A stretch of DNA of 32,000 bases from Candidatus Thorarchaeota archaeon (GTDB lineage: Archaea; Asgardarchaeota; Thorarchaeia; Thorarchaeales; Thorarchaeaceae), in contig SHMX01000008.1 of assembly GCA_008080745.1 (NCBI GenBank), positions 1 through 32,000 of the forward strand. The letters run 5' to 3'. Below the pieces are notes generated by a model. It did no database searches and was not told the origin of the DNA. It was given only the letters and a program-made list of their open reading frames with translations. The position numbers and the translations under genes were made by a program. Shown here one piece after another: positions 1 through 9,030 of this stretch (within the stretch, counting starts at the first letter, position 1; every line of letters begins with the position of its first letter).

Positions 1-62
1 ATTTCTCCTTTACAACAAAGTCAGATGATGGGTATTATCGGTATGAGGATTCGGACATCGAA

Positions 63-500
63 TTACCACTCGTATTCATTTTCCTCTGTTGCATAGACGA
101 ATTCGGTATTTCCATCTGCATCAAAGTCATAACCAACAAGGGTGTTAGGGTCAACTATTCCTACAGGAACACTCATACTTCTTGTAGTTCCCTGATTATG
201 GTCAATGAAAGCTAGTAGATTGGTGTCAGAATTTAGATATGCTATTCCACTGCTATTATCGATACTCCCTGCTTTGCAATAGTAGGAACCTGGCAGTGTG
301 ATGTGGACAAGATTTTCAGAGGCGGGTATAAATGACTCAGGAAGAGCAATATTACTTTCATCTACATTTGCGGTAACAGTACTTGTCTGAGGTAGGAGAA
401 AGAATAGAAATAGGCCAAAGATGAATAGTTTTACCAAATTAGAATTTTTCTGGTTCTTTATAATTATGGATGTGTTTCTTCTTGCTTGATAGTTTGGCAT
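63..500 (-). CDS. Secreted/membrane-anchored protein with an FG-GAP-like motif; possibly truncated
   Basis: Hydrophobic signal-like segment (LVKLFIFGLFLFFLLPQ) and a DFDADGNTEFV motif just before the stop. Start placed at ATG 500; the ORF track extends to 566. Confidence 0.5.
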   Translation of the reverse strand: MPNYQARRNTSIIIKNQKNSNLVKLFIFGLFLFFLLPQTSTVTANVDESNIALPESFIPASENLVHITLPGSYYCKAGSIDNSSGIAYLNSDTNLLAFIDHNQGTTRSMSVPVGIVDPNTLVGYDFDADGNTEFVYATEENEYEW

Positions 501-655
501 GCAGAGTTCATTCCACTTATTGCTCAACCAATTGGTGGTTGGCTGTTCCTCGCGGAAACTCACCACTTTTATGATTTATCCAAATGACATCAACTTTTTT
601 CTATGGAATTATTGTACCTCCTCTCTTGTAATCGAGTACTTCTTCTTGGCAGGTT

Positions 656-892
656 TCAGAAGAAATTAGTCATGACGAATATTACCACTATAAAGACTAT
701 GCAAATAATGCCACAACCTTTAGCACCTTCTGTTACTGCGCTTCCTCTCTTTTCTTCAGGAATTTCTTTGTGTTCGTCATATGCTTGAGCCATCTCACAG
801 CCAACCATACATATCCCTATCACAATGACAATTCCCGCGAGAATCAGTGCAAAAATAAATCCGACTCCTTCGAGAAAATCACCAATTTGCAT
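656..892 (-). CDS. Small two-TM hypothetical membrane protein
   Basis: GGAGG SD upstream of ATG 892; two hydrophobic helices separated by a charged loop. Confidence 0.6.
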   Translation of the reverse strand: MQIGDFLEGVGFIFALILAGIVIVIGICMVGCEMAQAYDEHKEIPEEKRGSAVTEGAKGCGIICIVFIVVIFVMTNFF

Positions 893-1079
893 TTTTGTTC
901 CTCCTAAAAGATGCGAACCATTTATCATTATGGTTTCTATACTTATTAAAAATTTGTTTTTCTTTTTTTATAATTAATTTTTTAGAGATAGTTGCATAGA
1001 CAAACAGAATCGGAGAGAAATTTAGTTGTCTTTTCAATTTGAAAAAAAACTTAATAATCAAATTTTCTAGACCCGAATT

Positions 1080-1823
1080 ATGTCAGTAACCAAGTCTAAG
1101 CTGTCCTATGCTTTAGTGGTATTTACTTGGTTATTCTTTCTTCTTGGTGCTGCACTTGTTTTTATTCTAATCCTATCTATTCTGTTTATTTCGAATACGA
1201 CCTCCACATTTCTAGGTGGACTACAGGTGATACAACAAGCACCATATCTATTGATATACGTTGAAATAGCGTCCGCTGGACTTTTCCCATTGGTCTATTC
1301 TCTATATAAGAAAGAACCACCTAGAGTGTATGGCATACAGAAGAAGAACTCAGTCCTATCAATAATCATATCCATCAGTTTATTGATGATCCTAGATGTT
1401 GTAGAATCGTTAGTGACAGGAAATCCAATATTCTCTATGGGTGAGAGTTATAATCTTCCTCTTGGATTCGGTGTATTTTATGCTGCTTTAGGGCTTTTTG
1501 CTTATGGTCCCCTTGAGGTATTCTTCATATTTTGGTTAATCGTAAAGACTGATGATTTATTCAAGAAGAAAATATTATTCCGAATCGATTTGGATGCAAA
1601 TAAGTCAATATTCATCACCAAAGGTACTCTCATTTCCTGTATCCTCTTCGGATTGATACATGTGATAACTACCCAATATTTTCCTTCATTCTTCCTGATT
1701 ATGCTTGTATTTCTTCTATTAGGTATCATTTTTACCAACTTAGAGAATTCGATTGGGCCCATGCTTGCGTGGAGTATCTATAATAATCAAGTTCTATCTG
1801 TAGTTACAAGTTGTCTTTTCTAA
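1080..1823 (+). CDS. CPBP (CAAX protease/Abi)-like multi-TM protein, degenerate motifs
   Basis: Many TM helices; FGLIH motif; GPLEVFF at the position of the EExxxR motif. Confidence 0.55.
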   Translation: MSVTKSKLSYALVVFTWLFFLLGAALVFILILSILFISNTTSTFLGGLQVIQQAPYLLIYVEIASAGLFPLVYSLYKKEPPRVYGIQKKNSVLSIIISISLLMILDVVESLVTGNPIFSMGESYNLPLGFGVFYAALGLFAYGPLEVFFIFWLIVKTDDLFKKKILFRIDLDANKSIFITKGTLISCILFGLIHVITTQYFPSFFLIMLVFLLLGIIFTNLENSIGPMLAWSIYNNQVLSVVTSCLF

Positions 1824-1923
1824 AATAGTATCCTCTCATCTGATATCCATATCCTACTCCCAAACATTGAAGTTAGACCAAGTTTGGAAATGGATTATAA
1901 TCGGATATTTAATGGTGCTAATA

Positions 1924-3285
1924 ATGGCTGATCGAATTGCCGTAATCGGATGTGGTGCTGCTGGGGCTACTGCAGCAATGCAGGCACGCAAATTTAACAG
2001 AAAGGCAGAGATAACCCTCTTCAACACTGAACCATATTCTCAGTACTCTCGTTGTGGTCTTCCCTATACGATTTCTGGAAAGGTCGAAGATTTCCAAGAC
2101 CTGATCCTTACAAGTGAAGATAATTGGTCAATGATGAAGATAGACGCAAAGTTGGAAACAACAGTTACTGAGATTGATCATGCATCAAAGAAGTTGAAGT
2201 ATTCTGGTTCTGAAGGAGATGGAGAGTTAGAATATGACGCTCTTATTTTTGCAACTGGTGCAGAGAATGCAGACCCACCTATCAAGGGTCTAGATAAAAA
2301 ACGTGTCTATGGGCTAAGAACAATTGATGATGCAAAATCTTTAGCTGCTGAGGTCGATAAAGCAAAGAAAGTGGTTGTCATCGGGGGTGGATTAGTGGGT
2401 GTAGAAACCGCTGAGGCATTTCATGAGTGTGGTGCTGATGTCACAATAGTTGAGTTTCTACCGCATATTCTTCTGGCTATGCTGGATCCTGACATGGCAA
2501 AGATTGTTGAGGCGCACTGTGAAGAACACGGTCTCAAACTGTTACTCAACACAGCCGCACAAGAGATTACAGGCTCCGATGAAGTCAAAGGTGTTGTCGT
2601 AAAAAATCGAGAGTCCGAGGAGGAATCCGAGATACACGCTGACATAGTTGTAGTTGCAACTGGAGTACGACCGATTACAGACCTGGCTGAATCAATTGGA
2701 TGTGAAATTGGACCTTCCCGGGGAATCGTAACCGACGATAAAATGCTGACGAACATTGAGGATGTATATGCTTGTGGAGACTGTGCTGAAGGTTCTGAAT
2801 TCATCACTAATAATCCCATGACTGGTGGTCTTGGTACCATTGCTGTCCGTCAGGCTCGTGTTGCAGGGATAAATGCTGCTGGTGGTAATGAGACATTTCC
2901 TGGTATTGTTGGTGCAAAAGTAACTAAACTATTTGGAATGGAAATAGCAAGTACAGGTCTGACAGCAGATCTGGCTAAGCGATTCGAAGTACCTATGACA
3001 GTGGGCTCAATAAAGGGCTTAACCAAGCCTCCCTATTACAAAGGTGGCAAGGAGATTAAAGTCAAGACCTACTATCATAAAGAAACTGGAAAACTAGTTG
3101 GGGGTCAAATGGTTTCACTTGAGGATGCAGCAATGCGGATTAATGTCATAACTTTAGGTATTCAACACAATATCGATGCGGCGGAGCTATTCGATTTTGA
3201 GAACTGTTATGCTCCCGCGATTTGTGATACTTGGGATCCAATAGTTTCTTCAGCTCTTGCGGCACGGAGAAGACTCAAGATTTAG
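1924..3285 (+). CDS. CoA-disulfide reductase / NADH oxidase family flavoprotein
   Basis: GCGAAG FAD motif, YSRCGLPY redox Cys, GGGLVGVE NAD(P)H motif, YACGDC, C-terminal YAP..WDP. Start at ATG 1924 (MADRIAVIG). Confidence 0.9.
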   Translation: MADRIAVIGCGAAGATAAMQARKFNRKAEITLFNTEPYSQYSRCGLPYTISGKVEDFQDLILTSEDNWSMMKIDAKLETTVTEIDHASKKLKYSGSEGDGELEYDALIFATGAENADPPIKGLDKKRVYGLRTIDDAKSLAAEVDKAKKVVVIGGGLVGVETAEAFHECGADVTIVEFLPHILLAMLDPDMAKIVEAHCEEHGLKLLLNTAAQEITGSDEVKGVVVKNRESEEESEIHADIVVVATGVRPITDLAESIGCEIGPSRGIVTDDKMLTNIEDVYACGDCAEGSEFITNNPMTGGLGTIAVRQARVAGINAAGGNETFPGIVGAKVTKLFGMEIASTGLTADLAKRFEVPMTVGSIKGLTKPPYYKGGKEIKVKTYYHKETGKLVGGQMVSLEDAAMRINVITLGIQHNIDAAELFDFENCYAPAICDTWDPIVSSALAARRRLKI

Positions 3286-3294
3286 ATTTTATTT

Positions 3295-3312
3295 GGCTAG
3301 CTTTTGCTAGCC
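3295..3312. terminator. Perfect hairpin between convergent genes
   Basis: GGCTAGC-TTTT-GCTAGCC. Confidence 0.55.
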
Positions 3313-3320
3313 TCATTATT

Positions 3321-3794
3321 TTATGGCAAAATAGGCCAATTATTTAGGGCAAATTCAAACGAGCTGACCTGAGTTGGAGTGCTTGCGATCAAATTTATAG
3401 TATGTATCGGTGATTGTTTTTTCCCATGTGCTAGTACCGCCTTTACTATTTCTTCAGCTATCTCCCAAGAAGGAATTCGTGCCACCTCAAGACCCATTGT
3501 AAATAATCCAATATCTTTGGCATCAACAGAAACTGCCTCAGCTAGAGCATTGTCCACAGCTTCAAAGATGCGTTTTCTTCGGTCCTCATCACTAAGAGCA
3601 ATAGGTGGCCAGTAAATACAGGTCTCTGCAAAGCTCTCCTCCTCAACGGTTATTGAACCTGCCTCTAGTGGAGTTCCTGGGGGTGCCATTCCTAACGAGA
3701 TATTACGGGTTTTTACAACTATATCCATATTTGAGTCATCAACGGGTCCAAGCTGTAATCTGACCGTGATATCTGAAATATCCCACTCTTTCAT
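3321..3794 (-). CDS. Divergent macrodomain-like protein lacking ADP-ribose-binding motifs
   Basis: Aligns by eye over both ends with the adjacent macrodomain; ATG 3794 lies 4 nt after the upstream stop. Confidence 0.65.
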   Translation of the reverse strand: MKEWDISDITVRLQLGPVDDSNMDIVVKTRNISLGMAPPGTPLEAGSITVEEESFAETCIYWPPIALSDEDRRKRIFEAVDNALAEAVSVDAKDIGLFTMGLEVARIPSWEIAEEIVKAVLAHGKKQSPIHTINLIASTPTQVSSFEFALNNWPILP

Positions 3795-3798
3795 TGTG

Positions 3799-4329
3799 TC
3801 ACACCAGACTCTGTAACGCTTCAGCGAAACTACTCGTGGCTTTTTCTCCGTATCCCACAAGTATCACTCTTTTTATAGAGGACGATTGCTCCGCATATTC
3901 AATAATTGCCTTGATTATTGCCTCTGCAGATTGCTTATGAGTAAGACCTCCTACTCCTGAGCCAATTGCTGGAAATGCTATTGATTCTAATCTCTTGTCA
4001 GATGCTAATTCTAACGCTCTAACCGCAGAAGAATTCACATACTCCGTTTGAGCAGATTCACCAGGTGGCATACCCGCACAATGAATGACATATCTTGCTG
4101 GAAGTCTTCCCGCAGTGGTTATGACAGCTTGACCTGGAATAATGGGTCCTTTTGCCATAGCCTCTGCCTCAATCTCTGTTCCTCCTTTACTCTTGATTGC
4201 ACCAGCAACACCGGACCCCATCCACAGAGCGGAATTTGCAGCATTAACAATAGCATCCACATCAAATACTGTGATATCTCCCTGCTGTATTTCTATTACG
4301 ATTTCACCAATTTTTTTCTCTAATCCCAA
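3799..4329 (-). CDS. Macro domain (ADP-ribose binding/hydrolase, YmdB/MacroD-like) protein
   Basis: GDIT, VNAAN, GSGVAGAI, VIH and AFPAIGSGVGG motifs; GAGG upstream of a TTG start. Confidence 0.92.
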   Translation of the reverse strand: MGLEKKIGEIVIEIQQGDITVFDVDAIVNAANSALWMGSGVAGAIKSKGGTEIEAEAMAKGPIIPGQAVITTAGRLPARYVIHCAGMPPGESAQTEYVNSSAVRALELASDKRLESIAFPAIGSGVGGLTHKQSAEAIIKAIIEYAEQSSSIKRVILVGYGEKATSSFAEALQSLV

Positions 4330-4373
4330 GCTTATTCCTCTCTAATTCATTATGTGCACGAATACGTAAAAGA

Positions 4374-4994
4374 TTGTCGTGCCACAATTCTTATCGGGTT
4401 TTGGACTTTTCCTGTTACGGGCGATTTACTCTGTATGGTCTGGATCCTGTAGATTATGAAAATATGGTTGAGAGATATGGAACACCCTATAAGTTAGAAT
4501 TTGCAGCTGATTTTCTAGATTTTGAATGTGCACTCGTTCAACGCAGTGCAGCAAAAGGACGTAATCATGATATCACCTGTTTCATAAGAAAAGGGGATGA
4601 ATTCATCGTTATTCAGAAACATGACTATGCTGGAACTGGTATCTATCGTGCTCCTTCAGGAGGTGCGTATCCTGGTGAGACAATAGAAGAAGCAGCAAAG
4701 CGTGAGATGTATGAAGAAACTGGAACTGAGATAGAACTCGTAGAATTTGTTCTAGATCTTAAACTAGTTGTACGGTGCTCAACGGGCTCTATCCCTTGGC
4801 AATCCCTTGTATTCTTAGCTGATTATATTGAAGGAGAACTCAATCCTATTGATACATATGAAATCGCAGATGTACAAACCATGACTCAGGAACAACTTCT
4901 CAGCGAGGTTAATAGCCTAATGAATTCTTCAGGATGGGGCGGCTTCAAATATCGTTCATTTCTAACGAAGGCCTTCTTTGAGAGATATAAGTAA
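4374..4994 (+). CDS. Nudix hydrolase
   Basis: Nudix box GGAYPGETIEEAAKREMYEETG. True start may be downstream (for example ATG 4464). Confidence 0.88.
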   Translation: MSCHNSYRVLDFSCYGRFTLYGLDPVDYENMVERYGTPYKLEFAADFLDFECALVQRSAAKGRNHDITCFIRKGDEFIVIQKHDYAGTGIYRAPSGGAYPGETIEEAAKREMYEETGTEIELVEFVLDLKLVVRCSTGSIPWQSLVFLADYIEGELNPIDTYEIADVQTMTQEQLLSEVNSLMNSSGWGGFKYRSFLTKAFFERYK

Positions 4995-5072
4995 GTACTA
5001 CGCCAACTAGCTTCCATATAATGAGTGAATAACACTAGCTCTCATATGGTGCTTTTGTGCTCCATTCGTAAC

Positions 5073-5166
5073 GAGTGGCGGCAACAAGTCAGCAACACTT
5101 GTTTTGTCAATCCCCGAAAATGTCTCAACAATCCCCCCTCCCATAACACTGCTGACGGCCCCACTC
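5073..5166. other. GC-rich imperfect long hairpin in an intergenic region
   Basis: GAGTGG(5073-78)/CCACTC(5161-66), GGC/GCC and GTCAGCA(5088-94)/TGCTGAC(5150-56) pair; no convincing ORF. Confidence 0.35.
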
Positions 5167-5284
5167 CTATTCCTCTAAGTATTCATTTCATACTTTTGCT
5201 CAATATACCATAAATTGAAACATTGATTTTCATGTTTTACTTAAGGAGAAACAGTTTAACTATCAACAATTGAAAAAATGAATA

Positions 5285-5305
5285 CCTTGACCATCGTGGT
5301 CAAGG
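5285..5305 (-). terminator. Intrinsic-terminator-like hairpin after rubrerythrin
   Basis: Perfect 9-bp stem CCTTGACCA/TGGTCAAGG followed on the minus strand by TATTCATTTTTTC. Confidence 0.65.
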
Positions 5306-5315
5306 CTAAGGGAAA

Positions 5316-5915
5316 TTAAAAGTTACCAAAATGCATCTTGAAATATGCCTTTGAATGATCGCAAGCAGGGCACTTCTCGGGAGCTGTAGTTCCCTCATGG
5401 ATGTAACCACAATTCTGGCATTCCCATTTGATTTTCTCGTTGCGTTTGAATACCGTACCATTTGCGATATTGTCTGCAAGTTTGAGGAATCTTTCTTCGT
5501 GCCAAGATTCCGCCTTTGAAATCATTCGCCAAGTATGTGCTATATCTGGGAAACCCTCTTTGTCCGCCACTTCAGCAAAGCCAGGATACATGTGTGAATA
5601 TTCGTGATTCTCTCCTGCTGCTGCAGCACGGAGATTTTCTTCTGTAGCTCCTAAGGGTCCTGTGGGAAATTCATATGCAACTTCTAGAGCTGGTGTTGCT
5701 CCTCCAGCTTTAAGGAATTTAAAGAATCTCTTTGCGTGTTCTTTCTCTTGATCTGCTGTTTCGAGAAACACTTTCTCAACTTGAACATACCCTTCCTTCT
5801 TTGCCTCTTTTGCATAGTAGGTATATCTATTCCTTGCTTGTGACTCGCCAGCAAATGAAATAAGGAGGTTCTTTTCAGTTTCAGTTCCTTTCAAATCCAA
5901 TGATTTTTCCTCCAT
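5316..5915 (-). CDS. rbr: Rubrerythrin
   Basis: GESQARNRY, EKEH, GENHE and ESWHE diiron motifs plus C-terminal CQNC...CPAC rubredoxin-like domain. Confidence 0.95.
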   Translation of the reverse strand: MEEKSLDLKGTETEKNLLISFAGESQARNRYTYYAKEAKKEGYVQVEKVFLETADQEKEHAKRFFKFLKAGGATPALEVAYEFPTGPLGATEENLRAAAAGENHEYSHMYPGFAEVADKEGFPDIAHTWRMISKAESWHEERFLKLADNIANGTVFKRNEKIKWECQNCGYIHEGTTAPEKCPACDHSKAYFKMHFGNF

Positions 5916-6024
5916 TGCTCTACAACGTAGAGAACAACTTGCTCCTGAACAGTTTTTTATCCTATTAAGCGTGTGTTTATAACAACGTTTGTTTTAATGA
6001 ATAGTTGATAACCATAAGGGATTA

Positions 6025-6046
6025 TATTATATGCTCACATATAATA
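6025..6046. promoter_or_regulatory. Palindromic candidate operator in the divergent rbr / 6072 intergenic region
   Basis: TATTATATG-CTCA-CATATAATA, a perfect 9-bp inverted repeat in AT-rich DNA. Confidence 0.35.
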
Positions 6047-6071
6047 ATGAAAGTGTAGTAGGTATGGACTC

Positions 6072-6677
6072 TTGGACGAATCTCTTATAGGTATGATTAG
6101 ATACCTTGTATATCAGCAGTTTTGTTCAGATAGCGAAGATATTCTTTACAGTCGTGATAAGCGCATCAAGATAAAAATACCAGGAATTCGCGAAGTAGCT
6201 GAAACACTTGTCCGGACTTTTTCCGGTAACCTGACTCTATTAGAAACAAATCAATATTATGAGTATCTTGTTGAGATAGATAAGATATTACCGCTTGATA
6301 TTGAGAAGGAGTGGAAAGAATTCAAGCGTGTTACTGATGATTTAGGGGATGAACTAAATGGACCACTAGCTGTGAACTTTTTAGTAGCGCCAATCAGAAG
6401 TCGAATGCAACAACATGAATTTGAGGCATATATGTCAGAAGCGGTGATCAAAGCTAGTGAACAGATTTCAACTCCCCACCCTCAGCTTACTGCAAGAGAT
6501 CGACTCTCTCAATTATATCAGCTCAATGATTCAACAGTTTCAATTCTCTATAACTTAGCTTTCGCCAGACTTCTTGCATCAATTTTTGACTATCATGAAA
6601 TTTATGAACTCATTGATGATATCCTCTCTGCAAAGATGGATATCCTTGTGGAAAAAATAGTAAATGAATCAGAATGA
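6072..6677 (+). CDS. Hypothetical protein (helical)
   Basis: 201-aa ORF filling the gap; no recognisable motif. Confidence 0.65.
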   Translation: MDESLIGMIRYLVYQQFCSDSEDILYSRDKRIKIKIPGIREVAETLVRTFSGNLTLLETNQYYEYLVEIDKILPLDIEKEWKEFKRVTDDLGDELNGPLAVNFLVAPIRSRMQQHEFEAYMSEAVIKASEQISTPHPQLTARDRLSQLYQLNDSTVSILYNLAFARLLASIFDYHEIYELIDDILSAKMDILVEKIVNESE

Positions 6678-6718
6678 ATGAATCTTTTTTAGAAATCCAT
6701 CCATCCGATTCAGAGATA

Positions 6719-7906
6719 TTAATTCGGCAATTGTCCCATTATCACCTTTGCTAGTTTTTTAATCTGCATCTTGTCTTCATCAGTTGGTCTGGCTTTGACT
6801 TTCAGAACTGGCTCCATAACTTCATATCTGCTATCTTCTAACTGAGCTTTCAGCTTTCTGACTCCTCCACCACCCCAGCCATAGTTACCAAAGAGGAAAA
6901 TAGGTCTCTTAGGGAAACGTTTTCCACATACTTCATTTACAAAATTCCACACTCTTGGGAAAGGATGAGCATCATAAGTTGGAGTTCCTACTACCAATAC
7001 ACCTGCACGAACGGAATCCACAATCACTTGGCTCATCTCGGTGTAAGATAAGTTATGAATGCGCACTTCCAAACCAAGTTCTATCAATTCTTTCTTGAGG
7101 AGTAAGGCAACTCTCTGATTGAATCCATACATGGAACCGTACACAATTGTTACATGTTTATCGAGTTCGTCACTACTCCATTGATCATAGTGATTGATAA
7201 CCCACATTGGGTCCTTTCTATAGATTGGACCATGACTAGGAGCAATCATCTTGATTCCTATTCCCAACTCCTTAACTTTCTTGATTGCTCTTTGAACAAA
7301 TCTGAGATATGATGTGATAATAGCTGAGATGTATCTCCTGCTCTCTTTCTCAATCATTCTCATATCGATTTCATCATCAAAATGCTTTCCATTCAATGCA
7401 CCAAATGAACCGAACGCATCACAGGAAAATACAATTTCATCCTCTACTAGATAGGTAACCATGGTTTCGGGCCAATGGAGAAATGGAGCATGAACAAATT
7501 TGAGTGTCCTCTTACCAATTGACAGTTCTTCCAAATCTTCAACGGTCTTATCTTCCAAATCTACATCATAGAATGATTTCTGCATTGGGGCTGCTTTGGA
7601 TGTGTATATCATTGTCGCATTCTTTGCAATCTCTGCTATGTGCGGAAGGGCTCCGGTGTGGTCTGGCTCCATATGGTTGAGAACGATATAATCGATTTTT
7701 GCAGGGTCGATTATCTCCCGAATATTATCAAGCCATTCTTCAGCCCATGGTTCCTTCACTGTTTCTATCAGGGTGACTTTTTCATCAATAATGAGGTAAC
7801 TGTTGTAAGATACGCCATGAGGCAAAGCCCATAGGTTTTCAAATAATTTCGTATGGTGGTCATCGACTCCCACGTAGTAGACGCCATCTGCTATCTCTCT
7901 ATGCAT
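6719..7906 (-). CDS. fprA: Flavodiiron protein FprA (type A flavoprotein)
   Basis: NHMEPDH, HWPET, SCDAFG and PSHG metallo-beta-lactamase diiron motifs plus flavodoxin domain (YGSMYG, GNYGWGGG). Confidence 0.93.
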   Translation of the reverse strand: MHREIADGVYYVGVDDHHTKLFENLWALPHGVSYNSYLIIDEKVTLIETVKEPWAEEWLDNIREIIDPAKIDYIVLNHMEPDHTGALPHIAEIAKNATMIYTSKAAPMQKSFYDVDLEDKTVEDLEELSIGKRTLKFVHAPFLHWPETMVTYLVEDEIVFSCDAFGSFGALNGKHFDDEIDMRMIEKESRRYISAIITSYLRFVQRAIKKVKELGIGIKMIAPSHGPIYRKDPMWVINHYDQWSSDELDKHVTIVYGSMYGFNQRVALLLKKELIELGLEVRIHNLSYTEMSQVIVDSVRAGVLVVGTPTYDAHPFPRVWNFVNEVCGKRFPKRPIFLFGNYGWGGGGVRKLKAQLEDSRYEVMEPVLKVKARPTDEDKMQIKKLAKVIMGQLPN

Positions 7907-8031
7907 AATTTCTTCCGTCCAAAGGCTATATCGTGTGATAGCCGCCGAATACCTACAATATAAGGTCTAGCTTTAGGCAGAGAAAAGTGGACTGGAAGAG
8001 AAAACACAGTATTCTCTTCCAAGAAACACTC

Positions 8032-8901
8032 TTACAAATCAGTAATTCGGTCATATGTTTCTGGTCTGCGGTCTCTGAAGAATGGCCAATAATTCCTAAC
8101 TTCTCTACACAGATCCAAATCAATATCAGCTATGATAATTTCATCTTTATCGCGAGACCCCTGAGCCAAGATGTTTCCTTTTGGATCAACCACATAAGAA
8201 CTACCATAGAATGTGCCAAAACCCCATGGCTCATCTCCGACCCGATTGTTCGCTGCAACAAAATATCCATTTGCTACTGCATGAGCGGATTGTTCAAGAG
8301 TCCAGAGATGATCAGAGTGCCCAGAAGTAGTAGCTGACGGATTGAAGACTATCTCGGCACCTTTGAGACCCAAAATTCTTGCTCCTTCTGGAAAGTGTCT
8401 GTCATAACAGGTGTAGACTGCAACTTTGCCATATTTTGTCTGGAATACAGGATATCCAATATTACTAGGTCTAAAGTAGAATTTTTCCCAGTAGCCTTTT
8501 GGTTGGTGTGGAATGTGATTCTTACGGTACTTTCCAAGCAGCTTCCCAGCTTCATCGATTACGACTGTTGTATTATATAGAAAACCCGGTTGCTCTTCTT
8601 CATACATTGGAACAATAAGAATAATCCCATACTTTTTGGCAAGCTTACTCATTCTCTCAGTAAGAGACCCAGGGATTGCTTCTGCATAATCATACCATCT
8701 GGTATCCTGCTCAGCACAAAAATAAGGACCAAAAAACAATTCCTGAAATCCAAGAATATTCACTTTCTCATTTGCTGCTTCAGCAGTAAGCTTTTCATGT
8801 TTTCTAATCATCTTCTCAATGCCTTCATCTATAGCATCCTTAGAAGATACATCACCTTCCCAGCTAGCCTGGGTTACTCCAACACGGACAGGTCTCATCA
8901 T
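8032..8901 (-). CDS. Nitrilase-superfamily carbon-nitrogen hydrolase, beta-ureidopropionase-like
   Basis: Catalytic triad contexts FQELF, YRKNHIP and CYDRHFPE; C-terminal RDRRPETY. Confidence 0.88.
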   Translation of the reverse strand: MMRPVRVGVTQASWEGDVSSKDAIDEGIEKMIRKHEKLTAEAANEKVNILGFQELFFGPYFCAEQDTRWYDYAEAIPGSLTERMSKLAKKYGIILIVPMYEEEQPGFLYNTTVVIDEAGKLLGKYRKNHIPHQPKGYWEKFYFRPSNIGYPVFQTKYGKVAVYTCYDRHFPEGARILGLKGAEIVFNPSATTSGHSDHLWTLEQSAHAVANGYFVAANNRVGDEPWGFGTFYGSSYVVDPKGNILAQGSRDKDEIIIADIDLDLCREVRNYWPFFRDRRPETYDRITDL

Positions 8902-9030
8902 CAATTACCTCTGCAAGTAGATAGGCGTGATAATTCTCTCTGTTATAGTTTTGCAAATCGTCTAAAACCCAAAATAAGAAACTTGTACACAAGTGAAAAG
9001 ACTATAGCGGGGTGTTACGCATTCAATATT

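Noticed and set aside
5130-5170. Twister ribozyme (TAACACTGC...CGGCCCCA)
   Set aside because: The P4 3' strand, L4 AAGC and downstream P2/T1 partners are missing.
5007-5192. Minus-strand frame ATG AAA TGA ATA... read as a selenoprotein
   Set aside because: No homology pattern, no Cys/Sec motif context and no SECIS; likely chance.
8590-9030. N-terminal 147 aa of the 491-aa transcarbamylase ORF
   Set aside because: Overlaps the hydrolase on the opposite strand and the divergent promoter; family similarity begins at Met 9031.
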